DNA of 64,000 nucleotides from Hyphomonadaceae bacterium (lineage in GTDB: Bacteria > Pseudomonadota > Alphaproteobacteria > Caulobacterales > Hyphomonadaceae). The notes beneath the pieces were generated by a model. It did not search any database and was not told the origin of the DNA. It saw nothing but the letters and a program-made list of their open reading frames with translations. Below, in pieces: positions 28,142 through 36,230 of this stretch (its first letter is position 1; every line of letters starts with the position of its first letter). The stretch lies in the NCBI GenBank assembly GCA_030158285.1, contig JAOATF010000017.1, positions 5,373 through 69,372 on the forward strand, in the 5' to 3' direction. The translations under genes and the position numbers were made by a program.

Positions 28142-29607
28142 AGCCGGTCGGGCTCCGTGATGAGGTAGATGTCTTTCAGATCCGAATAGACGTCGAGCGC
28201 TTCGGTGCCCGGTTCGCGTGTGCCGTTGCCCGAGGCGCGCAGGCCGCCGAAGGGCATATGCGGCTCGGAACCGAACGTTCCAGCGTTGACGACCGCAACG
28301 CCGGTGCGGATGTCGCGGGCGAAGGTCCACGCACGATCAAACGACCGTGTGTGGATGCAGGCGGTGAGGCCGTAGGGCGAGTCATTCGCCATGGCGACGG
28401 CTTCGGCGTAGGTCTCGACACGATAGACATTGCCGACAGGACCGAAGAGTTCGGTGCAGGAGATGGTGTCGCTGTTCGTTGCGCCGTCGATGATCGTGGG
28501 CTCGATGTAGAAGCCGCCTTCCAACCCCGCAGCGCTCGCGCGGTGGCCGCCGCAATGGACACGGGCGCCTTCTGTCCTCGCCTGCTCGATGGCGGTGAGA
28601 ATGTTGGTGAGCTGACGCTCGTTGATGACGGGCCCGAGCGCGCAATCATCGCCGACGCCGAGTTTCAGCGCCTTGGTCTTGTCGATGAACTTCGCAAGGA
28701 ACGCGTCATAAACGGAGGACATCACGATGAAGCGGCTGCCGGCGGCGCAGCGTTGTCCTGCATTGGAGAAGGCGGAGGCGACGGCCCATGTGGCCGCCTT
28801 GTCGAGGTCGGCATCGTCGCACACGATGAAGGCGTTCTTGCCGCCGAGCTCCAGCGACACCTTGGTGAGGCGGCGGCCGGCCTGTTCTGCAATCATGCGG
28901 CCGACGCGCGTCGAACCGGTGAACGAGATCACGTCGACATCAGGATGGGCGGTCAGCGCGCCGCCGACTTCGGCGCCGAGACCCTGCACAACGTTCAGCA
29001 CGCCGGCGGGAACGCCAGCCTGGATCAGCGCGCGCGCCATCCAGTCGGCCGATATGGGCGTGTCCTCCGCGGGCTTGAGAACGACAGCGTTGCCGCAGAT
29101 GAGGGCGGGGAAGACCTTCCATGCGAAGTTGGGCGCCGGCGTGTTGGCGGCCGTGATGAGGGCGGCGACACCACAGGGCTGCCGGACTGTCATCGCGGAC
29201 TTGTTGGGCGCGCCCGAAGGCATGGTGCGGCCAAACAGGCGCTGGCCTTCGCCGGCAAAGAAGCGGCCGCACTGGATCGCGCCGGCAGTTTCACCCTTTG
29301 CGTCCTTGAGGGGCTTGCCGGCTTCCCGCGCCACGATTGCGGAGAGTTCATCAGCGCGGGATTCGATGAGGTTGCAGGCCTGATGCAGGATGCGCCCGCG
29401 CTCGACGGGAGGGACAGCCGCCCAAGCCTGCCACGCAGCCCTGGCGGCCAACACAGCGGCGGTGACCTCTGCTTCGCTGGCAAGATGCAGTTGTGCGATC
29501 GTCTCGCCACTGTGCGGGTCAAGTATGGGCGTCTTGCGTACCGACGAGTCTAGCGCCTTGCCACCGATCAGGGAGCGGACATTCGCAGGGTCAAAATTAT
29601 CTAGCAT
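28138..29607 (-). CDS. NAD(P)-dependent aldehyde dehydrogenase
   Basis: VVLKPAEDTP, FTGSTRVG, SLELGGKNAFIV, NAGQRCAAGSR (catalytic Cys), EPHMPFGG. Confidence 0.88.
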   Translation of the reverse strand: MLDNFDPANVRSLIGGKALDSSVRKTPILDPHSGETIAQLHLASEAEVTAAVLAARAAWQAWAAVPPVERGRILHQACNLIESRADELSAIVAREAGKPLKDAKGETAGAIQCGRFFAGEGQRLFGRTMPSGAPNKSAMTVRQPCGVAALITAANTPAPNFAWKVFPALICGNAVVLKPAEDTPISADWMARALIQAGVPAGVLNVVQGLGAEVGGALTAHPDVDVISFTGSTRVGRMIAEQAGRRLTKVSLELGGKNAFIVCDDADLDKAATWAVASAFSNAGQRCAAGSRFIVMSSVYDAFLAKFIDKTKALKLGVGDDCALGPVINERQLTNILTAIEQARTEGARVHCGGHRASAAGLEGGFYIEPTIIDGATNSDTISCTELFGPVGNVYRVETYAEAVAMANDSPYGLTACIHTRSFDRAWTFARDIRTGVAVVNAGTFGSEPHMPFGGLRASGNGTREPGTEALDVYSDLKDIYLITEPDRL

Positions 29608-29615
29608 CAGCCTCT

Positions 29616-30449
29616 CTACAATGCCAGGAAGCCGCCGTCGACGCGGAGGTCGGCGCCGGTCATGTAGGAGGAGGCGTCGGACATGAGGAAGACCATGGGG
29701 CCTGCATAGTCGCTGGCTTCAGCCATGCCGTGGAGGGCGTCCTTGCCGGCGCGGCGCAGGGGGATCTTCTTCTGGTAGTTCTGCAGGAAGAGGGGGTCCT
29801 GGTTGTTGAACACGCCGGCGAAGGTGACGGAGTTGGCGCGCACGCCCTTGGGTCCCCAGTAGGCCGCGATGTAGCGCGTCAGGTTGTAGAGCGCCGACTT
29901 GGACGCGGAGTAGGCGACGGGCTTGAAAAAGACTTCGCCGCGATCACGCCTGTACTGGTAGAGACCCTGATCCGGTGACACCGACCCATAGATCGAGGCG
30001 ACGTTCACGATCGAGCCGCGCCCCGCGTCCGCCATCGGTTTGCCGAAGACCTGGCAGCACTGAAAGACGCCCTTGGCGTTGACGTCCATCACCTTGTCCC
30101 ACGAGCTTTCGGGATAGTCCTCGAACGGGCCTGTCTCGGCGGCGGAGGAATCCGGCGGGCTGTCGAGCGCGGCGTTGTTGATGAGACCGTGCGGCGCGCC
30201 GAACAGCTTTTCGATTTCCGCGCGGGCGGCTTCCAGTGAGGCGCGCTGGGTGACGTCCGCCTGCACGACGGCGATCTTGCTGGCCGCGTCGCCAAATTTT
30301 GCGCGGGTCACGGCGTCATCGGGGCGGGGCTCGATGACGGCGACGTTGGCGCCGGCGTCGATCAGGGCGAGCGTCACGACGCGGCCGATCTGGCCGTATC
30401 CGCCTGTAACGATGATGCAGCGGCCATCGAGGGAGAAGAGATTGCTCAT
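29616..30449 (-). CDS. Short-chain dehydrogenase/reductase (SDR)
   Basis: CIIVTGGYGQIG (TGxxGxxG), LINNAAL, YSASKSAL (YxxxK). Confidence 0.88.
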   Translation of the reverse strand: MSNLFSLDGRCIIVTGGYGQIGRVVTLALIDAGANVAVIEPRPDDAVTRAKFGDAASKIAVVQADVTQRASLEAARAEIEKLFGAPHGLINNAALDSPPDSSAAETGPFEDYPESSWDKVMDVNAKGVFQCCQVFGKPMADAGRGSIVNVASIYGSVSPDQGLYQYRRDRGEVFFKPVAYSASKSALYNLTRYIAAYWGPKGVRANSVTFAGVFNNQDPLFLQNYQKKIPLRRAGKDALHGMAEASDYAGPMVFLMSDASSYMTGADLRVDGGFLAL

Positions 30450-30473
30450 GGTTGGCTCCAGCTGCTGCGCATG

Positions 30474-30992
30474 TCAGGTCCCGGCGCGTTCGCGCACGCT
30501 GGCGATGGCATCGCACAATTCCCGCACGGCGCCGTCCCCGCCCTTGCGCCGCGTGCGGAAGGCGCCGAGGCTATCGAGGTCTTCATGAGCGTCCGCAACG
30601 ATGACTGGCAAGCCGACCAGTTTCAGAAGCTCGAGGTCATTCACATCATTGCCGATGAAGGCGGCTTCATCCATCGACAGGCCGCGCGCCTTCACGATCT
30701 CGCGGAAGGCGATGACCTTGTCCCGGCAATTCTGCACGCATTCGATCTTCAATTTTTCCGCACGGCGGCTGACGACGGGGTTGGCTTCGGTCGACAGGAT
30801 GAAGCAGTGCACGCCAGCCGCCGCGGCGCGGCGCAGGCCGTAACCTTCAAGGCGGGAACAGCGTACGGCCTCGCGGCCATCCTCGAACACGTAGACCGTG
30901 TTGTCGGTCATCACGCCGTCGAAATCGATGCCGAGCAGGCGGATGCGCGCCGCGCGTTTCGTGAATTCTGGATGGTCTGGAGAAACCTGCAT
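30474..30992 (-). CDS. HAD-IIIA phosphatase, KdsC / ulosonate-phosphate phosphatase family
   Basis: LLGIDFDGVMTDNTVY, RLEGYGLRRAAAAGVHCFILSTE, RAEKLKIE, FIGNDVNDLELLKLVGLPVIVADA. Typical ~170-aa length. Confidence 0.8.
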   Translation of the reverse strand: MQVSPDHPEFTKRAARIRLLGIDFDGVMTDNTVYVFEDGREAVRCSRLEGYGLRRAAAAGVHCFILSTEANPVVSRRAEKLKIECVQNCRDKVIAFREIVKARGLSMDEAAFIGNDVNDLELLKLVGLPVIVADAHEDLDSLGAFRTRRKGGDGAVRELCDAIASVRERAGT

Positions 30993-31012
30993 CGTCCCCG
31001 CCTGGCGTAGCG

Positions 31013-32755
31013 CTAGCCGCCGTATTCGAACGTTGAACCGTTGAGCACACCTTCGCAGATCACGTCCAGCCCCGCATCGCGTCCGGGCATGGCGAGGCTG
31101 GCCGCATTCTCCCGCAGCGACATCAGGCTTTCGCCGCCCTGTTCGGCAAGTGCAGCGACGGGAATGCAGCGCCGGAAGAAGAAATGATAGGCATAGCGCC
31201 GGGCGCGCGCGACAGCGGCGGGAGCGAGGGGCGTAAACGTGTCAGGGTCGGAGAGCAGGGCCCGATAGTCGGCCGGCGAGCTGGCATCATGGGTGAAGCC
31301 TTTCCCGCGCACCCAAGCGTCCCCGGCGACCACGACAGGCATGCCGCGCGCCGAGAGTTCCATGCCCATCTTGGTGTTGAAGATCATGGCGCCGCGGCAC
31401 GCGGCGGCGATCGAATAGGAATTGAGGCTGCTTTCCGGGGGAACGAGCCGGACATTTTCCGGCAAGGTGGGGAAGGCGGTGTTGATGGCGAGGTCGAGCC
31501 TGTCCTGCGCGCGGGGATTGCTGAGCACTTCGCCCGGGTGGCAGCGGATGATCAGCTGGCGGTCGGGGTGGGCCGCGAACCAGCGCACCGTGTCGATGGC
31601 CCAGTCGCGCATGTCGCCATAGGCCGACGAGCGATAGTGCAGGCGTGCATCCCACGCCACGTTCGCGAACAGGGCATAGGCAGGGCGAGCGGGATCGAGA
31701 TGCAGCGAGGCGAGCGCCTTGTCGCGCGAGATGCCTTCGGCGCGCTGGAAGGCGATCCAGTCGGAAGCGCCGGTCACGCGCTGGGCGAGATACTGGTCGA
31801 GCTCCTGATCCTCGGCCGCTCCGAGCGGGCGGTTCCACGCGCTCTCGGGCTCCTCGATCATCGCGCGGTGATAGGTGTCGCCGTGCTGGAAGATCAGGCG
31901 CCCGGTGCGATAGGCGGGATGCCACGTCACAAGCCGGATGCCGCGCCGCTTCACTTGCTCGGCGAGCAGGCCCTGCGGAACATAGATGCCGTGGTGGGCG
32001 ATCACGGCGTCGTACGTGTTTGTGTCGAGTAGCCGTGCTGCGGCGGCGGAGGCCTGATGCGCGGCTTCGAGATAGCGGCGATAGACGGCGGTCGAAGTCT
32101 CGTCGTCGGGAAGGGCAGCCTTGCCGAAGAAGCGCAGGGCGCCGGCCAACGCGTGCTCCTCTCGCGCCGACTTCGGTGGGTTTCCAGTGCCGTGCCGTAC
32201 GGCCTCGGCAGCGAAGGCGCTGGCCGCTTCAAGATCCTCAGGCCGCAGGAAATCCGACAGGCGCAGGGTCGAGATGCCGGTTCCGGCATAGAGACGTTCA
32301 CCGGCTGACTGGCAGACAGAGCAGAAATCGGTGGAGGGGCCAACGCGTGCGAAGCGCGGGACGCTGGGCGCCAGCGTGTGCTCGGCGATCATGCAGGCGC
32401 TGAGCGCCGCATCGCATTGCAGGATGTCGACCTGGGCGCCGCGGAATGTCAGCGCGACGGCAAGCAGGCTGTCCACGGTATTGGCGGTAAAGTGCAGGCC
32501 GACGTGGGTTGCGATCAGGACACGGCGCGTCTTCGGCGCTGCGATCGCTGATTGCCACTCTGCCGTCGCAGCGGAGAGGAGCGTTCGCCAGTCCGGATAG
32601 ACGCCGGGGCGCCGCGTCAGGTTGCGCAGGCGCTCCCGGCGGACCGGCGCATAGAGATCCGACTGGCGGACCGTCTTCGCGAGAGTGGCAAGAAGCCGGT
32701 TCAAGGCATGGCCGTGACTGGAGCCCTCAGGCCTCTCCGACCGCTTGTCGGGCAT
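31013..32755 (-). CDS. Putative glycosyltransferase, paralogue A. Tentatively KpsS/KpsC (Capsule_synth, beta-ulosonic-acid transferase)-like.
   Basis: Clear paralogue of 39538-41223: RVLIATHVGLHF.../KVLVCTNTGMHG...; NVAWDARLHY/NVVWDAQLHY; IIRCHPGE/VVRIHPAE; IFNTKMGMELSARGMPVVVAG/IYGTKMGTELAPLGIPVIVAG. The RxHP motif and the preceding xxWDAxL resemble the HP and QxxxKD-region motifs reported for beta-Kdo transferases. The family assignment was not verified by search. Confidence 0.45.
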   Translation of the reverse strand: MPDKRSERPEGSSHGHALNRLLATLAKTVRQSDLYAPVRRERLRNLTRRPGVYPDWRTLLSAATAEWQSAIAAPKTRRVLIATHVGLHFTANTVDSLLAVALTFRGAQVDILQCDAALSACMIAEHTLAPSVPRFARVGPSTDFCSVCQSAGERLYAGTGISTLRLSDFLRPEDLEAASAFAAEAVRHGTGNPPKSAREEHALAGALRFFGKAALPDDETSTAVYRRYLEAAHQASAAAARLLDTNTYDAVIAHHGIYVPQGLLAEQVKRRGIRLVTWHPAYRTGRLIFQHGDTYHRAMIEEPESAWNRPLGAAEDQELDQYLAQRVTGASDWIAFQRAEGISRDKALASLHLDPARPAYALFANVAWDARLHYRSSAYGDMRDWAIDTVRWFAAHPDRQLIIRCHPGEVLSNPRAQDRLDLAINTAFPTLPENVRLVPPESSLNSYSIAAACRGAMIFNTKMGMELSARGMPVVVAGDAWVRGKGFTHDASSPADYRALLSDPDTFTPLAPAAVARARRYAYHFFFRRCIPVAALAEQGGESLMSLRENAASLAMPGRDAGLDVICEGVLNGSTFEYGG

Positions 32756-33818
32756 CGCGCTCGGTCGCGCCCACCGTCTCGAACTTGATCGTTTCATCTT
32801 CCGTCAGCGGCGTGAGCAGCTTCTTGCCGATGAAGAAATCGAGGAAGTAGGGCGGGGTGCCATCGCCCGGCGACTTGAAGGCGATGTCCTTCGCGGTGAG
32901 GACATGGCCGGCCGGCAGGGCGGTCTGCGCCACAAGCTTCTTGCCCATCTTGATGAGCGGGTCGCGCTCGGACGGGTAGCTGGTCTTCACGCCATCACCC
33001 AGGGCGATCTTCGCGCGCTGGAGGTCGCGCACGAGACGACGCATGCCGTTCGGCTCGAGCGAGAAAGCCTGGTCCGTGCCCTTCCAGGCGCGGTTGAGCG
33101 TGAAGTGTTTTTCAAGCGCCCGCGCGCCGCACATGTAGCCGACGAGGGCCATGGCAATGCCGCTGTCATGCGAGGAGAAGCCGATCACCGCTTCCGGGAA
33201 TTCCTTCCGGAACGTCTCGATGACGCGGATGTTGAGCTCTTCGAATTTCGGCGGATAGCCGGAGGTGCACTGCATGATGCAGAGCTGCTTGTTGATCGGA
33301 TAGACCGCCTCGAACATGCGGCGGACATCCTTCAGCGTGCCGCCGCCCGTGGAGATGAACATCGGCTTGCCGAACGAGGCGATGTACTTGATCAGCGGAA
33401 TGGTCTGCAGGTCGCCCGAGGCGATCTTGTAGGCCGGCATGTCGATGCTCTCGAGCAGGTCGGCCGAGGCATAGTCCCACGCTGTCGAGAACATCGTGAT
33501 GCCGATCTTCTTCGAATAGTCGCGCAGCTCGATGTATTGTTCGCGGCTGAACTCCAGCTTCTCGCGGTGTTCGCCATAGGTAGGGGCGTAGGCGTTCTCG
33601 GAATTGTAGACTTCCGCGTACTTGTCCTTGGTGTAGAGCGTCGAATTCTGGCGCTTCTGCAGTTTCACTGAATGCGCGCCGCAGGACTTGGCGGCGTCGA
33701 ACAGCTGCTTGCACTTCTCGACATCGCCCTCATGGTTCTGACCAATCTCGGCGATGACGTACATGTCGCTGTCGTCGTCGATCGTGATTCCATCGACAAC
33801 CATTTTTGGGCCACTCAT
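32727..33818 (-). CDS. NeuB-family ulosonic-acid (sialic/Kdn-type) synthase with C-terminal SAF domain
   Basis: YVIAEIGQNHEGDVEKCKQLFDAAKSCGAHSVKLQKR, AYKIASGDL, MFISTGGGT, GFSSHD. SAF-like LVAQTALPAGHVLTAKDIAFKSPGDG. AGGTGA RBS upstream of ATG 33818. Confidence 0.85.
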   Translation of the reverse strand: MSGPKMVVDGITIDDDSDMYVIAEIGQNHEGDVEKCKQLFDAAKSCGAHSVKLQKRQNSTLYTKDKYAEVYNSENAYAPTYGEHREKLEFSREQYIELRDYSKKIGITMFSTAWDYASADLLESIDMPAYKIASGDLQTIPLIKYIASFGKPMFISTGGGTLKDVRRMFEAVYPINKQLCIMQCTSGYPPKFEELNIRVIETFRKEFPEAVIGFSSHDSGIAMALVGYMCGARALEKHFTLNRAWKGTDQAFSLEPNGMRRLVRDLQRAKIALGDGVKTSYPSERDPLIKMGKKLVAQTALPAGHVLTAKDIAFKSPGDGTPPYFLDFFIGKKLLTPLTEDETIKFETVGATERDARQAVGEA

Positions 33819-34019
33819 ACCGCTTCACCTACTAGCTGCCTCGACCGGGGGGAGGCGACGCGCGGGGGCGCCCCCACGCCGTAACGGAAAACGGATACAC
33901 ACAAACCGATTCAGGCTCAACCGTGAGAGGCGAGAACCGGGGGGCGTCTCTGCGCAGGCGAATCAGTGGACGGGCGCGAATTGAAGGCATCGGCAGCCTG
34001 CGGGATCGCTGACTATCCA

Positions 34020-34037
34020 CATGAATGCTTATTCATG
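34020..34037. promoter_or_regulatory. AT-rich perfect palindrome (candidate operator or weak hairpin)
   Basis: CATGAAT-GCTT-ATTCATG. It lies ~40 nt downstream of the GT2 stop (34076) and ~200 nt upstream of the neuB-like start (33818), on the minus-strand transcription axis. Confidence 0.25.
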
Positions 34038-34075
34038 CGCGGGTCGTTTGCCGGCGATTGTCGCGGAACCCAGGC

Positions 34076-35095
34076 TCAGGCGGTTTGCGGGCCGCCGACG
34101 CCGGATTTCTTGCGCGTGGCGGGGGTCAGCGAGGCCGGTGGCGCGCCGGCCTGAACGGCTGGCACTTCGGTGTCCGCCATGAGCTTCCATTCGCCACGGA
34201 AACGCTGCCGGAGATGATACTCCTTGCTCAGCGTCGCCAGCGGATCGAGCATGCTGATGTATTTCGACATGACCGTATTGTAGTAGTCGCGCGGTATGTT
34301 TCCGAGGATCGGCTTGGACGAGTCCATCGAGAATTCGAACCGCCTGGAGAGTGTGGCTCGGGCAAATTCCCACGCACGCCTCTTGAGCGGGTTGTTCTGC
34401 TGCTTCCCGCTCAACTGGGAATACAGCGCTTCGTAGCGCTGCTTGCCACGCTCCTGCTTGATGGCGAGCGCTTTGTACTCCGGGCTCGTCGTGTCTTCCG
34501 CCCAGTTGCGGAAATGGTGGATGGCGACCTGCCGCGTGTAGACAATGTCAAACCCGAGAAACAGGACCTTGGCTGTGAGATCCGGGTCGATGCCATAGTC
34601 GCGGAAGCCTTCGCTGAACCCGCCCACGGCCTGCATCACCTCGGTCGGAAGCATGCCCTGGTTCACATTGAGAATGCCGATCGACGACACGCCGCCAATA
34701 TAGGGCGACTTGACGAACGGACCCTCCTGGTCACGCACCTTCAGGCCAACCATGCCGATGCGGCGGTTCTTCTTGAGGATCGAGACACCGACGTCGAGTC
34801 CGTTGTTGACGATCTCGTTGTCGTCGCTGACCCAGCACACATAGGGCGTGTCCACCGACATGAAGACGTCATTGTAGGCGCGGGCCTGGCCCAGCAACTT
34901 GCCAACGAAGACGGGACGCACGGACGGGCTGGCGACCGACTTGAGATATTCGACCGTGCCATCCGTCGAACCGGCATCGGTAATGTAAAGGACGTGCGGA
35001 ACCTTCGTTTCGCGCGCGACCGATTCAACGAGCCGCTGCAACTGGTCTCGCCGGTTGTAGGTCCCGGCGACGATGGACAGGACAGGTCTGGTCAT
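34076..35095 (-). CDS. Glycosyltransferase family 2
   Basis: PVLSIVAGTYNRRDQLQRLVESVARET, YITDAGSTDGT, WVSDDNEI. The ATG overlaps the upstream stop (ATGA). Confidence 0.8.
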   Translation of the reverse strand: MTRPVLSIVAGTYNRRDQLQRLVESVARETKVPHVLYITDAGSTDGTVEYLKSVASPSVRPVFVGKLLGQARAYNDVFMSVDTPYVCWVSDDNEIVNNGLDVGVSILKKNRRIGMVGLKVRDQEGPFVKSPYIGGVSSIGILNVNQGMLPTEVMQAVGGFSEGFRDYGIDPDLTAKVLFLGFDIVYTRQVAIHHFRNWAEDTTSPEYKALAIKQERGKQRYEALYSQLSGKQQNNPLKRRAWEFARATLSRRFEFSMDSSKPILGNIPRDYYNTVMSKYISMLDPLATLSKEYHLRQRFRGEWKLMADTEVPAVQAGAPPASLTPATRKKSGVGGPQTA

Positions 35096-36096
35096 CTTGC
35101 CACCTCCCCTGGGGCCGGACCGGATTGCTCGCTGCGGAACCACGCAACATACGCCGAAAGACCTTCATCGAGGCTAACGGCGGGCTCAAAACCGAGTTCA
35201 TTTTGGGCGCGCGTCGTCGAAGCTGTCAAATGCCTGGGATCGCCAGCGCGGTGTTTACCGTTGAAGTGCAACTCCTTTGACACGCCTGCCTGCTTAAGCA
35301 GCGCGCCGGCGAGTTCCCGTATCGAGACAGGTTGCCCGCTCGCGCCATTGTAGATGCGCGACTTGCCCGGAACGATCGACGTGCTGGCCAGCAGGATCAG
35401 TCGCGCCGCATCGTTGACGTGCAGAAAATCCCGAGTTTCCTGGCCATCGCCCCAGAGTTCCAGCGTCCCGGCAGGCTGGCCCGACCGGCGCAGGATGTCC
35501 CAGAGGATCTGTTTCCTGAGGCCATTCCCGAACAGAGAGAAGAAGCGGACAACCGCCACGCCGACGCCCGACATGCGGGACTCAGCGAGAACAAGTTCCT
35601 CGCACACCCGCTTGTGTGCGCCATAGGGCGACATGGGCAGGCAGGGGTCGTCTTCGCTCAGTGAGCCCGATCCGACATCGCCATAGACCGCAGCGGACGA
35701 CACAAGCGTGAGGCGTGGGCGAGGCATCTGATGGCGGGCGAAGTCCAGGATTTCCGCCGTGCTGCCGACCGAAAGATCGAAGTCGCTGCGGGGGCTTTCC
35801 CATGATTGCCCCACCGACGATCCGCCCGCGGCGTGGACGATCAGGTCCGGAGTTCCATGCGCCTCGCTTGCGGCTGTCAGAAGCTCGCGCGTGACCAATC
35901 CTTCATGATGATGAGCCCCCTCGCGCAGGCCGATGGGCGCGCCGATCCCGACGCTGACCACCCGCCAGCGGCGCTCGAGAAACGCATCGCAGATCCGGCT
36001 GCCGAGGAACCCGCCGCCGCCGGCGACGATCACGCTCTGGCCAGAGCCGGACATGGCGCCGGATCTGGGGCTGGAACTGGCGCCGTCCTGGCTCAT
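35092..36096 (-). CDS. NAD-dependent sugar epimerase/dehydratase (extended SDR)
   Basis: VIVAGGGGFLGSRICDAF, YGAHKRVCE (YxxxK), WGDGQETRDFLHVND. GGGAGG lies 4 nt upstream of ATG 36096. Confidence 0.8.
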   Translation of the reverse strand: MSQDGASSSPRSGAMSGSGQSVIVAGGGGFLGSRICDAFLERRWRVVSVGIGAPIGLREGAHHHEGLVTRELLTAASEAHGTPDLIVHAAGGSSVGQSWESPRSDFDLSVGSTAEILDFARHQMPRPRLTLVSSAAVYGDVGSGSLSEDDPCLPMSPYGAHKRVCEELVLAESRMSGVGVAVVRFFSLFGNGLRKQILWDILRRSGQPAGTLELWGDGQETRDFLHVNDAARLILLASTSIVPGKSRIYNGASGQPVSIRELAGALLKQAGVSKELHFNGKHRAGDPRHLTASTTRAQNELGFEPAVSLDEGLSAYVAWFRSEQSGPAPGEVAR

Positions 36097-36230
36097 CTGT
36101 CCTCCCGCGCGACCGCCCTCCGTCCGGGAAAGGCAGCAGCAGACATGCACTGCCATTTGTCTTGCGGGGATTAAAAGTCAACTCAAGGACCGCAGGGCGC
36201 CCCGTCGCCCGCGCACCGCCGCGCTGCTCG

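Noticed and set aside
30474-30992. Calling the HAD gene the housekeeping kdsC of the Kdo pathway, given that kdsD and kdsB are in the window.
   Set aside because: It is embedded, with 20-24-nt gaps, in the neuB-like operon 30 kb away from kdsD-kdsB. The family is shared by Kdn- and Neu5Ac-9-P phosphatases, so I assigned only the family. A housekeeping role cannot be fully excluded.
33864-33875. GGGGGCGCCCCC palindrome in the neuB-like upstream region as a terminator or operator.
   Set aside because: It has no loop and no flanking T-tract. Short G/C palindromes are expected by chance at this GC content.
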